Part shown: in pieces, positions 20,132-29,721 of the stretch
How the letters are laid out: each line of letters starts with the position of its first letter
Numbering within the stretch: the first letter of the stretch is position 1
Assembly (NCBI GenBank): GCA_964432155.1
Contig: CAYSMF010000009.1
Coordinates: 4,106-68,105, forward strand
DNA: 64,000 nt
Direction: 5' to 3'
Source: an uncultured Melioribacter sp.
GTDB lineage: Bacteria > Bacteroidota > Ignavibacteria > Kapaibacteriales > Kapaibacteriaceae
Translations under genes and position numbers: made by a program
The notes under the pieces: generated by a model
What the model was told of the DNA's origin: nothing
Seen by the model: the letters and a program-made list of their open reading frames with translations, nothing else
Databases searched by the model: none

Positions 20132-21548
20132 GCATCGCGCGCAGTCCGCCTACATCACCGTTGCTCAACACAGCAACAACATCACCTGGTGATACGCGTT
20201 GTGCAAGCAACGCATAGATGTCGCTGCCCCATGAGGGGTCCTGCGCTCGTGATGGGTCCAGCGCGTGGGCATCAATGCCAAGTGCGGCGAGATCGTTCAG
20301 CAGTAGCGATGTATCAAGGCGCTCATCTTCTCGGTATCGCTCTGGACGATTGACTGGTCCGATGCACACCGTGGTTGCCCCTTTAAAGCATGTCGCCAGC
20401 TCGTGCTGAAAGAAGTTGCGTGTGGTCGTATTCGAGCGTGGCTCGAATACCACATGGAGGCGCGCATCTTGGAATCGCTGATGAAGCGCCTGAATCGTCT
20501 TTGCAATCGCTGTTGGGTGATGCGCAAAGTCGTCGATCACTGTGCAGCCGTTCCACTGCGCAATCACTTCGAGACGTCGTTTTGGTGGACAGAATTCAAG
20601 CAGTGCAGCAGCCTGTTCTTGAGAGGACAAGCCGGCATGCGCCGTCGCTGCAATGGCCATCGATGCATTGCGAATGTTGTGTTCTCCGGGCATCGGAAGT
20701 GAGAACTGTCCATAGACAGCGCCATTGCGTAGGAGCGTCCAACGTGTATTGATCCCATCTTCTTCAATCGCCGTGAGTTGCCAGGTTGCGTTGTTACTCG
20801 TGCCTACGCCCTCGACTGGACACGGTGCGTTTGTCGCTGCGCGGAGTGCATTAGCATCATCAGCATTCACAAGCAAGACGCCATCTTGAGGGATGATCCT
20901 CACCATGTGTGTGAAGGAGCGGATGATATCATCGAGAGAATTGAAGATGTCTGCGTGGTCGAACTCGATGTTGTTGATGATCGCAATCGTCGGACGGTAG
21001 TGCACGAACTTGCTGCGCTTATCGAAGAACGCTGTGTCGTATTCGTCACCCTCAGAAACAAAGACACCAGCGCGAGAATCGTGCAGGTGCTCCGGGACTG
21101 GGCGACAGCCAACACTGAAGTTGCCTGGGACGCCCCCTATCAAAAATCCTGGCTCGCGTCCTGCATGTGCGAGAATCCATGCCGCCATGCTCGACGTCGT
21201 GGTCTTGCCATGCGTTCCACAGCACACAATTGAGGTGTTGCGGCTAATCAGGTACTTCCCAACAAACTCGGCCATCGACGTCATTGCGAGGCGATCGCTG
21301 AGTGCGCACTCGAGCTCTGGGTTGCCCCGGCTGATCGCATTGCCAACCACGATAAGGTCGGGCGTTAGCTCGCGAAGCCGCTCGGCGCTGTACCCCTCGT
21401 AGCGGGTAATTCCTGCGGTATCGAGTACCGTGCTCATCGGAGGGTAGAGCGGGCCATCGCTGCCAGTGACCGTGTGTCCCTGCATCGTGCATGCAATGGC
21501 CACGGAACCCATGGCAGTGCCGCCAACCCCAATGAAGTGTATATGCAT
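20115..21548 (-). CDS. mpl: UDP-N-acetylmuramate:L-alanyl-gamma-D-glutamyl-meso-diaminopimelate ligase (murein peptide ligase)
   Basis: Start chosen at ATG 21548 (MHIHFIGVGGTAMGSVA, matching the Mpl N-terminus). Mur-ligase motifs GTHGKTTTSSM, DEYDTAFFDK. The 3' end overlaps the convergent protease gene by 17 nt. Confidence 0.85.
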   Translation of the reverse strand: MHIHFIGVGGTAMGSVAIACTMQGHTVTGSDGPLYPPMSTVLDTAGITRYEGYSAERLRELTPDLIVVGNAISRGNPELECALSDRLAMTSMAEFVGKYLISRNTSIVCCGTHGKTTTSSMAAWILAHAGREPGFLIGGVPGNFSVGCRPVPEHLHDSRAGVFVSEGDEYDTAFFDKRSKFVHYRPTIAIINNIEFDHADIFNSLDDIIRSFTHMVRIIPQDGVLLVNADDANALRAATNAPCPVEGVGTSNNATWQLTAIEEDGINTRWTLLRNGAVYGQFSLPMPGEHNIRNASMAIAATAHAGLSSQEQAAALLEFCPPKRRLEVIAQWNGCTVIDDFAHHPTAIAKTIQALHQRFQDARLHVVFEPRSNTTTRNFFQHELATCFKGATTVCIGPVNRPERYREDERLDTSLLLNDLAALGIDAHALDPSRAQDPSWGSDIYALLAQRVSPGDVVAVLSNGDVGGLRAMLSAQS

Positions 21549-21627
21549 AGCGTCGCGAGCCGTCGTGAAAAGTGGTATCTTACCGCTGCAAAAGTACGAT
21601 TGATTGTTCCTCGAAGGGGTTCTGCAC

Positions 21628-22968
21628 ATGCAACGTTTCTTCACAGTACTGGTGATGGCACTGGTTTCGGTTTCTGCCTACGGTCAATTCTGGCAGTCAA
21701 CTGATGGCCCGCCATCGGCGACAACGTGCATGGTCTCGAACTCGAAGGGACATGTCTTCGTCGGCACACCGTTCTCGAAGGTCTATCGCTCGACAGATAA
21801 TGGCACAACGTGGGAGCCATTTGACCAGGGGATTGACGATGGAGGACCGAACTGGTTCCCAGTGAATCAGCTTGTTATCGATGCGCAGGATCGTCTGTAT
21901 GCAGCAGTTAACGGATTGGGTCTGCTTCGCTCGTCGGATGATGGGCGGACATGGAACAAGCTGAACATCGGTCTTGATATCGGTTCGAATTCTCGCATCA
22001 GCGTCTCGGTAAAGTCGCCAGCTGGCGCGCCAACACAGATCTTCGTCGGCTACGATGCAGGTGCATCAAACCTGCGTGCCCGATTCTCATCGGATGATGG
22101 AGCATCTTTCGTGAATATCCCGTTGGGACTGCCAAGCGGCACGTCGTCGCTGTTCGAAGTGTTCCTCTCGCCGAACTCGAATAAGATGTTCGTGTCTGCC
22201 GCCTATAACAAGGGGCTCTTCCGTACAACTGATCGTGGTGCGTCGTGGCGACGTATTGATAACGGCGACGGAAGTTCAAACGAGTCAGATGACCTTTACT
22301 CGACGTTTGCATACGATAAGTTCGGTCACCTCTACGTTGGACGAAACGCACTGCCAGGCTCTGCGAAGACGCCGAACGCAGTCGTGTTGAAGTCGACAAA
22401 TGATGGTGAGCAGTGGAAGTATCTCGACTCTGCATGGGACGATCGTGATGTGACGAACAATCGTATCTCTGCGATCGCATTCGCACCAAACGGCGACATG
22501 TGGGTCGGTACAGAGAAGAGCTCTGGTCCATTCCGGGGTTCGAATTACGGCGAACTGTTTACTGTTGTACGTGACGGTCTCCCTGGCGACGGATCAGTGT
22601 CTGGCATCACGGTGACGCCAGCTGGTCATGTGTTCGTCGCACCAACGGGCGAGCCAGTACAACGCCACCTCGCTCCTGTTAGCGTGCAGGACGTTGGTTT
22701 CCCAGCTGTTGTGCGTGCTGGCATTGCGCCGCAGCCAGCAACCGATCGCATTGGCATCACGTTTACGCCCGCACACGATGGGGAAGCGGTCGTTGATCTG
22801 CTAACATTGTTCGGCGAGCCTGTTATTGCAGGAACAACAGTTTCTGTGCGTGCCGGTGATGATCAGCGTGTTTGGCTGTCGACATCGGAGCTACCGCAGG
22901 GCGCTTACATCGTGCGCATTGCCGTCGGTGGTGGTGTGAGCACGACGTCGGTTGTCGTCGCGAAGTAA
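21628..22968 (+). CDS. Secreted BNR/Ycf48-like beta-propeller protein with T9SS C-terminal sorting domain
   Basis: ATG at 21628 (the track start at 21604 is TTG). SP MQRFFTVLVMALVSVSAYG. BNR-like S-x-D-x-G-x-T-W repeats (STDNGTTWEP, SSDDGRTWNK, TTDRGASWRR, STNDGEQWKY). C-terminal T9SS-type beta-sandwich (..VVDLLTLFGEPV..GAYIVRIAVGG..). Confidence 0.7.
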   Translation: MQRFFTVLVMALVSVSAYGQFWQSTDGPPSATTCMVSNSKGHVFVGTPFSKVYRSTDNGTTWEPFDQGIDDGGPNWFPVNQLVIDAQDRLYAAVNGLGLLRSSDDGRTWNKLNIGLDIGSNSRISVSVKSPAGAPTQIFVGYDAGASNLRARFSSDDGASFVNIPLGLPSGTSSLFEVFLSPNSNKMFVSAAYNKGLFRTTDRGASWRRIDNGDGSSNESDDLYSTFAYDKFGHLYVGRNALPGSAKTPNAVVLKSTNDGEQWKYLDSAWDDRDVTNNRISAIAFAPNGDMWVGTEKSSGPFRGSNYGELFTVVRDGLPGDGSVSGITVTPAGHVFVAPTGEPVQRHLAPVSVQDVGFPAVVRAGIAPQPATDRIGITFTPAHDGEAVVDLLTLFGEPVIAGTTVSVRAGDDQRVWLSTSELPQGAYIVRIAVGGGVSTTSVVVAK

Positions 22969-22977
22969 GCTGGACGA

Positions 22978-23427
22978 TTAACGCTTCGGCGTTACATCCT
23001 GAATCCGCGTGATCCACCACATGTTTTGTGCGTTGATCGTCGTGAACTGCATCATGCGGATGTAGTCGACGGTGATGCGAACATTGTGTGCTGTTGCACT
23101 TACGGTATCGATTGATGTTTCTGTGATTGCCTTGCCGCCCATCACGGTTTTCCATCGAACCAGGTCATCTGCTAACTCAAACTTCTCGATCGCCAAGAGC
23201 GGTCCGCCCGAGCTATTGCGCAACAGTTCCGTTGCTGCCGTTGTATTGCCGCTATCGAGTTCTGCTTTGAACAAGTGCACAACTCCAGGTGCTGAGCGCT
23301 GACTGCGTTCGATCTGGCGTTGGCGACGTTGCGCGCCCCCTATGATGAACAACTCGCAGCCGACGGCTACCAGTGAAAACAAGCTCACGAGTCCTATTGC
23401 CAAGCGGTGTGTCATCGAGTAAGCCAT
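22978..23427 (-). CDS. Hypothetical lipoprotein
   Basis: ATG start. Lipoprotein signal MTHRLAIGLVSLFSLVAVGC (lipobox VAVGC). 149 aa, no family recognised. Confidence 0.45.
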   Translation of the reverse strand: MAYSMTHRLAIGLVSLFSLVAVGCELFIIGGAQRRQRQIERSQRSAPGVVHLFKAELDSGNTTAATELLRNSSGGPLLAIEKFELADDLVRWKTVMGGKAITETSIDTVSATAHNVRITVDYIRMMQFTTINAQNMWWITRIQDVTPKR

Positions 23428-24269
23428 GTGCTTGCGTGCGAAATCATGTCGACCAACCCTGGTGTGATTCGATCTACTGGGTGTGTCATCCCAAACGTGT
23501 GTGTCGTATTCGAGATAACGGTAAGCTCTGCATCACATTGTGAAGCCGTGCGAAGAGCAACAATCTCGCTGAGGGGTACTGTAAGGTCGGCTTCTGCATG
23601 GATAAAATGCAACGCAGGACCACATGCGCGTGCAGCCGACACGAGGGAGAGACGGTCGGCATTCTGCTCGAGGTCGTGGACGTACGACATATTCATGCGA
23701 AGTTGCTGACCTGTCCGCTCGTTGGTAAACGTCATCCCTCCATCACGTTCCCATTGTTCTCGCTGCCGTGGCGTCCAGCGTAGCCATGTACCTACAGAGT
23801 TGAGAACAACGGTGCGAACTTGGCGGTCGGGGTTCGCTGCGAGAAGTTCACTCGTAACAATCTGTGCAATACCACCACCACGGGAGTGGCCGATGAGGAA
23901 CAGTCTCCCGTCCCAACGATCGCGCACGGCGGCAAACTCCTCGCTCGTCGAGACGGCAGTAAGCATGTCGTGTACGTCGTCGACTTCGCGTGAAATGGTA
24001 TTTCGCGCAAAGGCGTCGGTATCCTGGACCATCCACGAGGTACCGTTCATGCCATTGAGCGAGTAGTCCATGCGCATCGACATGATGCCGAGTTGCGCAG
24101 CGCTCTGTGCGATCCACGGAAGGAAGCTGTAGTTGCGAAACCCCTTGAACCCGTGAAGGATCAGCAGGAGGGGAACGCGAGCCTCGTCGGACGTAGCAGG
24201 CGTAACCGTTGCGTGCAGGATGTCGTTGTGTCGGTTTGCAATCTGGTGCGTGGTTTCGGCAGTGATCAT
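23412..24269 (-). CDS. Alpha/beta-hydrolase fold protein
   Basis: ATG start. Nucleophile elbow GHSRGG; PLLLILHGFKG region. 285 aa. Confidence 0.7.
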   Translation of the reverse strand: MITAETTHQIANRHNDILHATVTPATSDEARVPLLLILHGFKGFRNYSFLPWIAQSAAQLGIMSMRMDYSLNGMNGTSWMVQDTDAFARNTISREVDDVHDMLTAVSTSEEFAAVRDRWDGRLFLIGHSRGGGIAQIVTSELLAANPDRQVRTVVLNSVGTWLRWTPRQREQWERDGGMTFTNERTGQQLRMNMSYVHDLEQNADRLSLVSAARACGPALHFIHAEADLTVPLSEIVALRTASQCDAELTVISNTTHTFGMTHPVDRITPGLVDMISHASTWLTR

Positions 24270-24970
24270 TGTTCACCATCCTTTGCCAACAGGTCGGGTC
24301 GGCGTGATTGCGTCTTCGCGAGTGATTGCTCCTGTCGCCATGCTCGAATCAACGCGTGATTGCCACTGAGCAAGACATCGGGGACTGTGAGATCGCGAAA
24401 CACTGCAGGCTTGGTATACATGGGCGCGTCGAGTACGCCGTGCATGAACGAGTCATCCAAGACGCTTTCGGCATCACCCACAACGCCGGGAATGAGGCGT
24501 ACGATTGCATCGGTGAGCACACCGGCAGCGATCTCGCCCCCTGTCACTACATAGTCGCCAATGGAAATCTCGCGTGTGACGAGCACATCGCGAATACGTT
24601 GATCGATGCCCTTGTAATGTCCGCACAGCAGAATCAGATTCCCAGCGAGTGACAAGGCATTGCACGTCGCCTGGGTAAGGACCTCGCCATCAGGACAGAG
24701 GTAGATGACGTCGTCGTAGGTGCGTTCACGTTGAAGTGCTTCGATGCAGGCAAACACTGGTTCGCACTGAATGATCATGCCAGCGCCGCCACCATACGGT
24801 GTGTCGTCGATGTGACGGTACTTGTCGGTCGCGTAGTCGTGCAGGTTGTGCAGAACGATCTCAACGTGACCGCGTTCGCAAGCGCGACCGACGATCGATG
24901 TGGAGATGATCGACTCGAGAACCTGCGGTACAACGCAGACAATGTCGATCCGGAGTGGCGCGTTAGGCAT
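24266..24970 (-). CDS. trmD: tRNA (guanine37-N1)-methyltransferase
   Basis: ATG at 24970 (MPNAPLRIDIV..). TrmD motifs DDTPYGGGAGM, SIGDYVVTGGE. Overlaps the rimM stop by 8 nt (classic rimM-trmD order). Confidence 0.9.
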   Translation of the reverse strand: MPNAPLRIDIVCVVPQVLESIISTSIVGRACERGHVEIVLHNLHDYATDKYRHIDDTPYGGGAGMIIQCEPVFACIEALQRERTYDDVIYLCPDGEVLTQATCNALSLAGNLILLCGHYKGIDQRIRDVLVTREISIGDYVVTGGEIAAGVLTDAIVRLIPGVVGDAESVLDDSFMHGVLDAPMYTKPAVFRDLTVPDVLLSGNHALIRAWRQEQSLAKTQSRRPDLLAKDGEQ

Positions 24971-25532
24971 CGTTATCTTCCGACGTAGTGCGAGTAATGT
25001 CGCGCAAGCCCGGCAGAAGATCAATCGTAATGCGTCGTTGTGCTATGTCGACCTGCTTGATTACGTCGTCGATGACCGGCAACGGGATTGTTGATCCATC
25101 AGGCGTCGTCACAACCCACACGTCGTTCGCTGGCATCAGCCACACATCGGTTACTGTACCAACAGCTTCATCGTCGATCGTTACCACGCTGCAGCCCTCG
25201 ATATCACCGATACGATGCCGGTCGGCATCATCTACGCCAACATCAGCACTTGATGCATACACCGCTTGATCGGCGAGTGCTGCTACGGCCTCAGCACTGG
25301 TGAACTCCTGCAGTCGGAGCGTCGTGCGGTGAGTTGTTGATGTGTATTCGGCCACGGTGTACATCGTGACAAAGTCCCGACTGAAGCCAATGCCAATGCG
25401 AGCTCCCGGTGCCAGTGGTTGCGGTAGCGACAGTGCATCGACGAGCACTACCGTGCCGTCGAGTCCGTGCGAACGTCCGATCACACCGATGTATTCATCT
25501 ACCATACGTGCATCATCGAGGTTGAGCGTCAC
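24963..25532 (-). CDS. rimM: 16S rRNA processing protein RimM
   Basis: RimM N-terminus (YIGVIGRSHGLDGTVVL) and PRC-barrel C-terminus. Start is either GTG 25532 or ATG 25505. Confidence 0.85.
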   Translation of the reverse strand: MTLNLDDARMVDEYIGVIGRSHGLDGTVVLVDALSLPQPLAPGARIGIGFSRDFVTMYTVAEYTSTTHRTTLRLQEFTSAEAVAALADQAVYASSADVGVDDADRHRIGDIEGCSVVTIDDEAVGTVTDVWLMPANDVWVVTTPDGSTIPLPVIDDVIKQVDIAQRRITIDLLPGLRDITRTTSEDNDA

Positions 25533-25563
25533 AAATAAAAAAGGGCATGTGAATCACATGCCC
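25531..25563 (-). terminator. Rho-independent terminator downstream of rpoD
   Basis: Minus-strand hairpin GGGCATGTG-aat-CACATGCCC followed by UUUUUUAUUUG (plus strand shows acaaataaaaaagggcatgtgaatcacatgccc). Confidence 0.6.
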
Positions 25564-25588
25564 TACGAAGTTACGGGATGTTCAGCGC

Positions 25589-26452
25589 TTAGCCGAGATA
25601 CGTGCGAAGCGTCTTCGAACGTGATGCGTGGCGCAGGCGACGAATGGCCTTCTCCTTGATCTGGCGTACACGTTCACGTGTGAGGTTGAACTTCTCGCCA
25701 ATCTCTTCCAGTGTGAGTGCTTGCTGATCGTCGAGACCGAAGTAGAGGCGGATGACTTCTGCTTCGCGCTCGCTGAGCGTATTGAGCACTTGTTGAACCT
25801 CGACGCGCAGCGACTCACGCATGAGTTCGCTGTCGGGAGGGGGCTGCTGGTCGTTCGGGAGAATGTCGAGCAGACGGTTGTCTTCGCCCTGCACAAACGG
25901 CGCGTCCACCGAGAGGTGACGTCCGGAAATCTTGATTGTCTCTGAGATCTCAGCAATCGACATCTCGAGCTGCTCTGCCAGCTCGGCAGCGGTCGGTTCA
26001 CGCTCGTACTGCTGTTCGAGTTCCGAGAACTTCTTGCCGATCTTGTTCAACGCACCAACACGGTTCAGCGGCAGACGCACAATACGTGACTGCTCTGCAA
26101 GTGCCTGGAGAATCGACTGGCGAATCCACCACACCGCATAGGAGATGAACTTGAAACCGCGCGTCTCATCGAAACGCTTAGCAGCCTTGATCAGACCAAG
26201 GTTACCTTCGTTAATCAAGTCGCCAAGGGAGAGGCCCTGGTTTTGGTACTGCTTAGCCACCGAAACCACGAAGCGAAGGTTCGCCTTTACCAGACGCTCA
26301 AGGGCCATTGAGCCCTCGAAACCGCCACGCTTGATGGCTTGTGCGAGCACAATCTCGTCGTCACCCGTGAGCAGGTCAACGCGACCAATCTCCTGCAGGT
26401 ACTTATCGAGCGACTGGCTCTCGCGGTTCGTGTATTGTTTGGTAATCCTCAT
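25589..26452 (-). CDS. rpoD: RNA polymerase sigma factor RpoD (short Bacteroidetes/Chlorobi-type sigma-70, 287 aa)
   Basis: ATG start. Regions 2-4 of sigma-70 ([27 protein letters not shown]; ..[28 protein letters not shown]). No region 1.1 or non-conserved spacer. Confidence 0.9.
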   Translation of the reverse strand: MRITKQYTNRESQSLDKYLQEIGRVDLLTGDDEIVLAQAIKRGGFEGSMALERLVKANLRFVVSVAKQYQNQGLSLGDLINEGNLGLIKAAKRFDETRGFKFISYAVWWIRQSILQALAEQSRIVRLPLNRVGALNKIGKKFSELEQQYEREPTAAELAEQLEMSIAEISETIKISGRHLSVDAPFVQGEDNRLLDILPNDQQPPPDSELMRESLRVEVQQVLNTLSEREAEVIRLYFGLDDQQALTLEEIGEKFNLTRERVRQIKEKAIRRLRHASRSKTLRTYLG

Positions 26453-26543
26453 CGGCTGACCTCGGGTTGCATATCAAAGCAGTGGGAAGACGGAACACAC
26501 CTCCCCTTCGTGCAGAACGGCCATGGGCCGCGGGGCTGCAAAG

Positions 26544-28184
26544 TTAATGATCCGACGGGACTTGGCTGCCTAAAATCGCGTGGTATTTCGGGGTCGAGAG
26601 GAGTTCTCGAGCGACACGAACCACGGGGTCGACAGCGAGGGATCGCTCCTCTCGAGCTGAGGGGGCGTCGAAACGTGCCCGGATTTCGCGGTCTAGGTGC
26701 GCAGAAAGCACTCGCTGGTTCTGGCGGATCGACTTTTCGACCTCCCGGTCGATCGAGCGCTCGGCATAGTCGAGACCCTGCATGGCGGCCCCCGACCAGC
26801 CGGCAGATGTTGCGGTCGACCGAACTTTCGCCAGCTCTGCGAGCACAGGCGAACGGTCGGCAGGACGCAAGGCTGCAACTGACCGAACGAAGCTGTCAAT
26901 AACTGCTGGCGTCACGGTAAACCCAGCAGGGAGAGCGTCCATTCGGGCTGTGTACCTGGTGGCAAATCGTCCGAACGCATAGGTGTCGTCGAGATAGGCG
27001 AGCGCAGCAGGCAGGACCGAATCCGTCACCGTGGTGTCGGGTGCAATGCCATGACGCTCTTCAACACGACGTCCATTACGCGTCGCGTACACACGCGCCG
27101 AATCCGCGATAGCACGCTTACGGTAGACAGCTTTTTGGATGCTTCGACCTGACGGTGTGTAATAACGCGATGTCGTGAGCTTTAGCGATGCATCGTTGGG
27201 CATCGGAACAACCGTTTGCACAAGCCCCTTACCGAATGATGGTCGTCCGACAATGATGCCGCGGTCGAGATCCTGAATTGCTCCGGCAACGATCTCCGAC
27301 GCTGATGCGCTACGCTCGTTGATGAGCACTGCGAGCGGATACGCTGGATCGACGGGATCGTCCTGCGTGGTGTACTCGCGCGTTTCGCGAATGCCACGAC
27401 CACGTGTGCTCACAACAACGCTCCCACGAGGAAGAAATACTTCGGCCACATCTACGGCTGCATCAAGCAGGCCACCGGGATTGTCGCGCAAGTCGAGGAT
27501 AATGCCCTTGAGTTGCTGCTTTTCTCTCAGCGACGCGATAGCATCACGAATGGCATTGCCAGAGCCGCGACCAAAGCGCACGAGGCGCACGTACCCGATG
27601 TCGCCAGGAAGAATCTGGGCATGCCCAACAAGTTCAAGTGGTAGGGAGGCGCGCGGAATGTTCCGAACGATGGTATCGCGAAGTCCTGGTCGTGTGAACT
27701 TGAGTACAGCCATGCTGCCAGGCACGCCGCGCGAATACGTGCGCAGACCGGAGGGGGCAAGTGTGTCGGTGCGGTTACCATCGACAGCAACCAAGTGATC
27801 GCCAACGCGCACGCCAGCAGCATTTGCTGGACCGTCAGCGCGCACATCGAGGATGGTTAGCAGACTGTCGCGTGTGCCAACGGTAAACCCGAAGCCAACG
27901 TAGGATCCACCGGTAAGAACGTCAATGTCTTCCGACTCGTCGCCCCGCATGTACACGCTGTACGGATCGAGACTCTTGAGCATGGCATCAATACCAACTT
28001 CAACGAGATCCTCGGGTGCGAGTGTGTCGACGTAGCTCGACGTGACTTCGCGGAACACTGATCCAAACGCTTCGATCGATCGCGCAAGGCGAGCGTACGA
28101 CGAACCGTCTTCCGACGGCACGTGCCCTGCTTGCAGTGCAGCGCTCGTGAATAGGCAGATGGATATGAGGAGTCGAATCTTCAC
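26544..28184 (-). CDS. ctp: Carboxyl-terminal processing (tail-specific) protease, S41 family
   Basis: GTG start giving signal peptide MKIRLLISICLFTSAALQA. PDZ region and S41 motif GIILDLRDNPGGLLDAAVDVAEVF, ..ERSASASEIVAGAIQD.. The start overlaps the glyQS stop. Confidence 0.85.
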   Translation of the reverse strand: MKIRLLISICLFTSAALQAGHVPSEDGSSYARLARSIEAFGSVFREVTSSYVDTLAPEDLVEVGIDAMLKSLDPYSVYMRGDESEDIDVLTGGSYVGFGFTVGTRDSLLTILDVRADGPANAAGVRVGDHLVAVDGNRTDTLAPSGLRTYSRGVPGSMAVLKFTRPGLRDTIVRNIPRASLPLELVGHAQILPGDIGYVRLVRFGRGSGNAIRDAIASLREKQQLKGIILDLRDNPGGLLDAAVDVAEVFLPRGSVVVSTRGRGIRETREYTTQDDPVDPAYPLAVLINERSASASEIVAGAIQDLDRGIIVGRPSFGKGLVQTVVPMPNDASLKLTTSRYYTPSGRSIQKAVYRKRAIADSARVYATRNGRRVEERHGIAPDTTVTDSVLPAALAYLDDTYAFGRFATRYTARMDALPAGFTVTPAVIDSFVRSVAALRPADRSPVLAELAKVRSTATSAGWSGAAMQGLDYAERSIDREVEKSIRQNQRVLSAHLDREIRARFDAPSAREERSLAVDPVVRVARELLSTPKYHAILGSQVPSDH

Positions 28185-29614
28185 GCTTCAAGACGACGGC
28201 GAATCTCGCCAGTTAGTGCGTCCGTGTGAACACGGATCTGCTGCATCGTATCGCGATCGCGAAGCGTGACAGTTGAGTCACTCATTGTCTCACCATCGAT
28301 GGTGATGCAGAATGGCGTACCAACTTCGTCTTGGCGGCGGTACCGACGTCCAATTGCTCCGCTCGTGTCGTAGTCAACACGGAAGGAGCGCTGAAGATTC
28401 CGCATGATGGCCTCGGCTGCTTCCGGCATGCCGTCCTTGTTGACCAGTGGAAGCACTGCTGCGGTCACTGGCGCGAGCGACGGCGCAAAGCGCATCACGG
28501 CGCGTGTCTCCGAACCGCCATCACCGGTTGGTACTTCTTCTTCAGCATAGGCATCGCACAGCACAGCCATAAAGGTCCGTGTTGCACCAACAGCTGTCTC
28601 GATCACATATGGAGTGAAGCGATCCTTGGTCACGGTATCGACGTACTCAAGCTTCTTGCCTGAGAATTCTTGGTGACGTCCAAGGTCGAAATCTGTGCGT
28701 GAGTGAATACCCTCAACCTCGCCCCAACCGAATGGGAACAAGTACTCGATGTCTTCTGCAGCCGCTGCATAGTGCGCGAGCTTTTCGTGTGGCTTGCGAT
28801 GCAGGTGGTCGGCCTTGATGCCAAGGTTGTTTACGAACCAATCCCAACGCGCTTGACGCCAGTAGTCGAACCACTCACCCTCGGTGCCGGGCTTGATGAA
28901 GAACTGCATCTCCATCTGTTCAAACTCACGTGTGCGGAAGAGGAAGTTCTTGGTGTTGATCTCGTTGCGGAAACTCTTCCCGATCTGCGCGATGCCAAAC
29001 GGTGGCTTCATGCGCGCAGCGTCCATGACGTTTTTGAAGTTGACAAAAATGCCTTGCGCTGTCTCTGGTCGGAGGTACACCACGTTTGCTGCATCCGCGA
29101 CGGGACCGACGTGTGTCTCGAACATCAGATTGAAGTTGCGAACCTCTGTCCAGTCGGTTGTGCCAGAGATAGGATCAGGAATCGCATTGTCGACAATAAT
29201 GCGGTAGAGGTCGTCGTTGTTTTGTGCAGCCGTCAGCTGTGCTTCAACGCGATCAGCATCGGCTGTTTTGTTCTTTGTTCGCAGACGCTGGATAAACTCC
29301 TCGATCAAGTTGTCGGCGCGATGGCGCGACTTCGACGTCTTGTTGTCGATCATCGGGTCGGAGAACTGCTGGATGTGCCCGGATGCCTCCCACACGCGTG
29401 GGTGCATCAAGATCGACGAGTCGATGCCGACGATGTCGGTGCGGTAGGTCATGGCCTTCCACCACGAGTCCTTGATGTTGCGCAGGAGCTCCACGCCGAG
29501 CGGACCAAAGTCCCAGCAACCATTCAGGCCGCCATAGATCTCGGAGGATTGGTAGACAAAGCCCTTACGCTTGGACAGGGACAGAATTGCGTCGAGTGTT
29601 GTAGAAGATGCCAT
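28181..29614 (-). CDS. glyQS: Glycine--tRNA ligase (alpha2 dimeric type)
   Basis: ATG at 29614 (MASSTTLDAILSLSKRKGFVYQSSEIYGGLNGCWDFGPLGVELLRN, closely matching bacterial GlyQS N-termini). Class II motifs. The track start at 29662 adds 16 codons. Confidence 0.92.
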   Translation of the reverse strand: MASSTTLDAILSLSKRKGFVYQSSEIYGGLNGCWDFGPLGVELLRNIKDSWWKAMTYRTDIVGIDSSILMHPRVWEASGHIQQFSDPMIDNKTSKSRHRADNLIEEFIQRLRTKNKTADADRVEAQLTAAQNNDDLYRIIVDNAIPDPISGTTDWTEVRNFNLMFETHVGPVADAANVVYLRPETAQGIFVNFKNVMDAARMKPPFGIAQIGKSFRNEINTKNFLFRTREFEQMEMQFFIKPGTEGEWFDYWRQARWDWFVNNLGIKADHLHRKPHEKLAHYAAAAEDIEYLFPFGWGEVEGIHSRTDFDLGRHQEFSGKKLEYVDTVTKDRFTPYVIETAVGATRTFMAVLCDAYAEEEVPTGDGGSETRAVMRFAPSLAPVTAAVLPLVNKDGMPEAAEAIMRNLQRSFRVDYDTSGAIGRRYRRQDEVGTPFCITIDGETMSDSTVTLRDRDTMQQIRVHTDALTGEIRRRLEA

Positions 29615-29721
29615 GGAGAGAGAATGATGACGAACAAGTTGGTCAAAGATACGAACGCCCATAGTTGCGTAAGTTTATGGCTTGTATGGTGATGACTGCG
29701 AATTCTCAGAGGTTTCCACGC

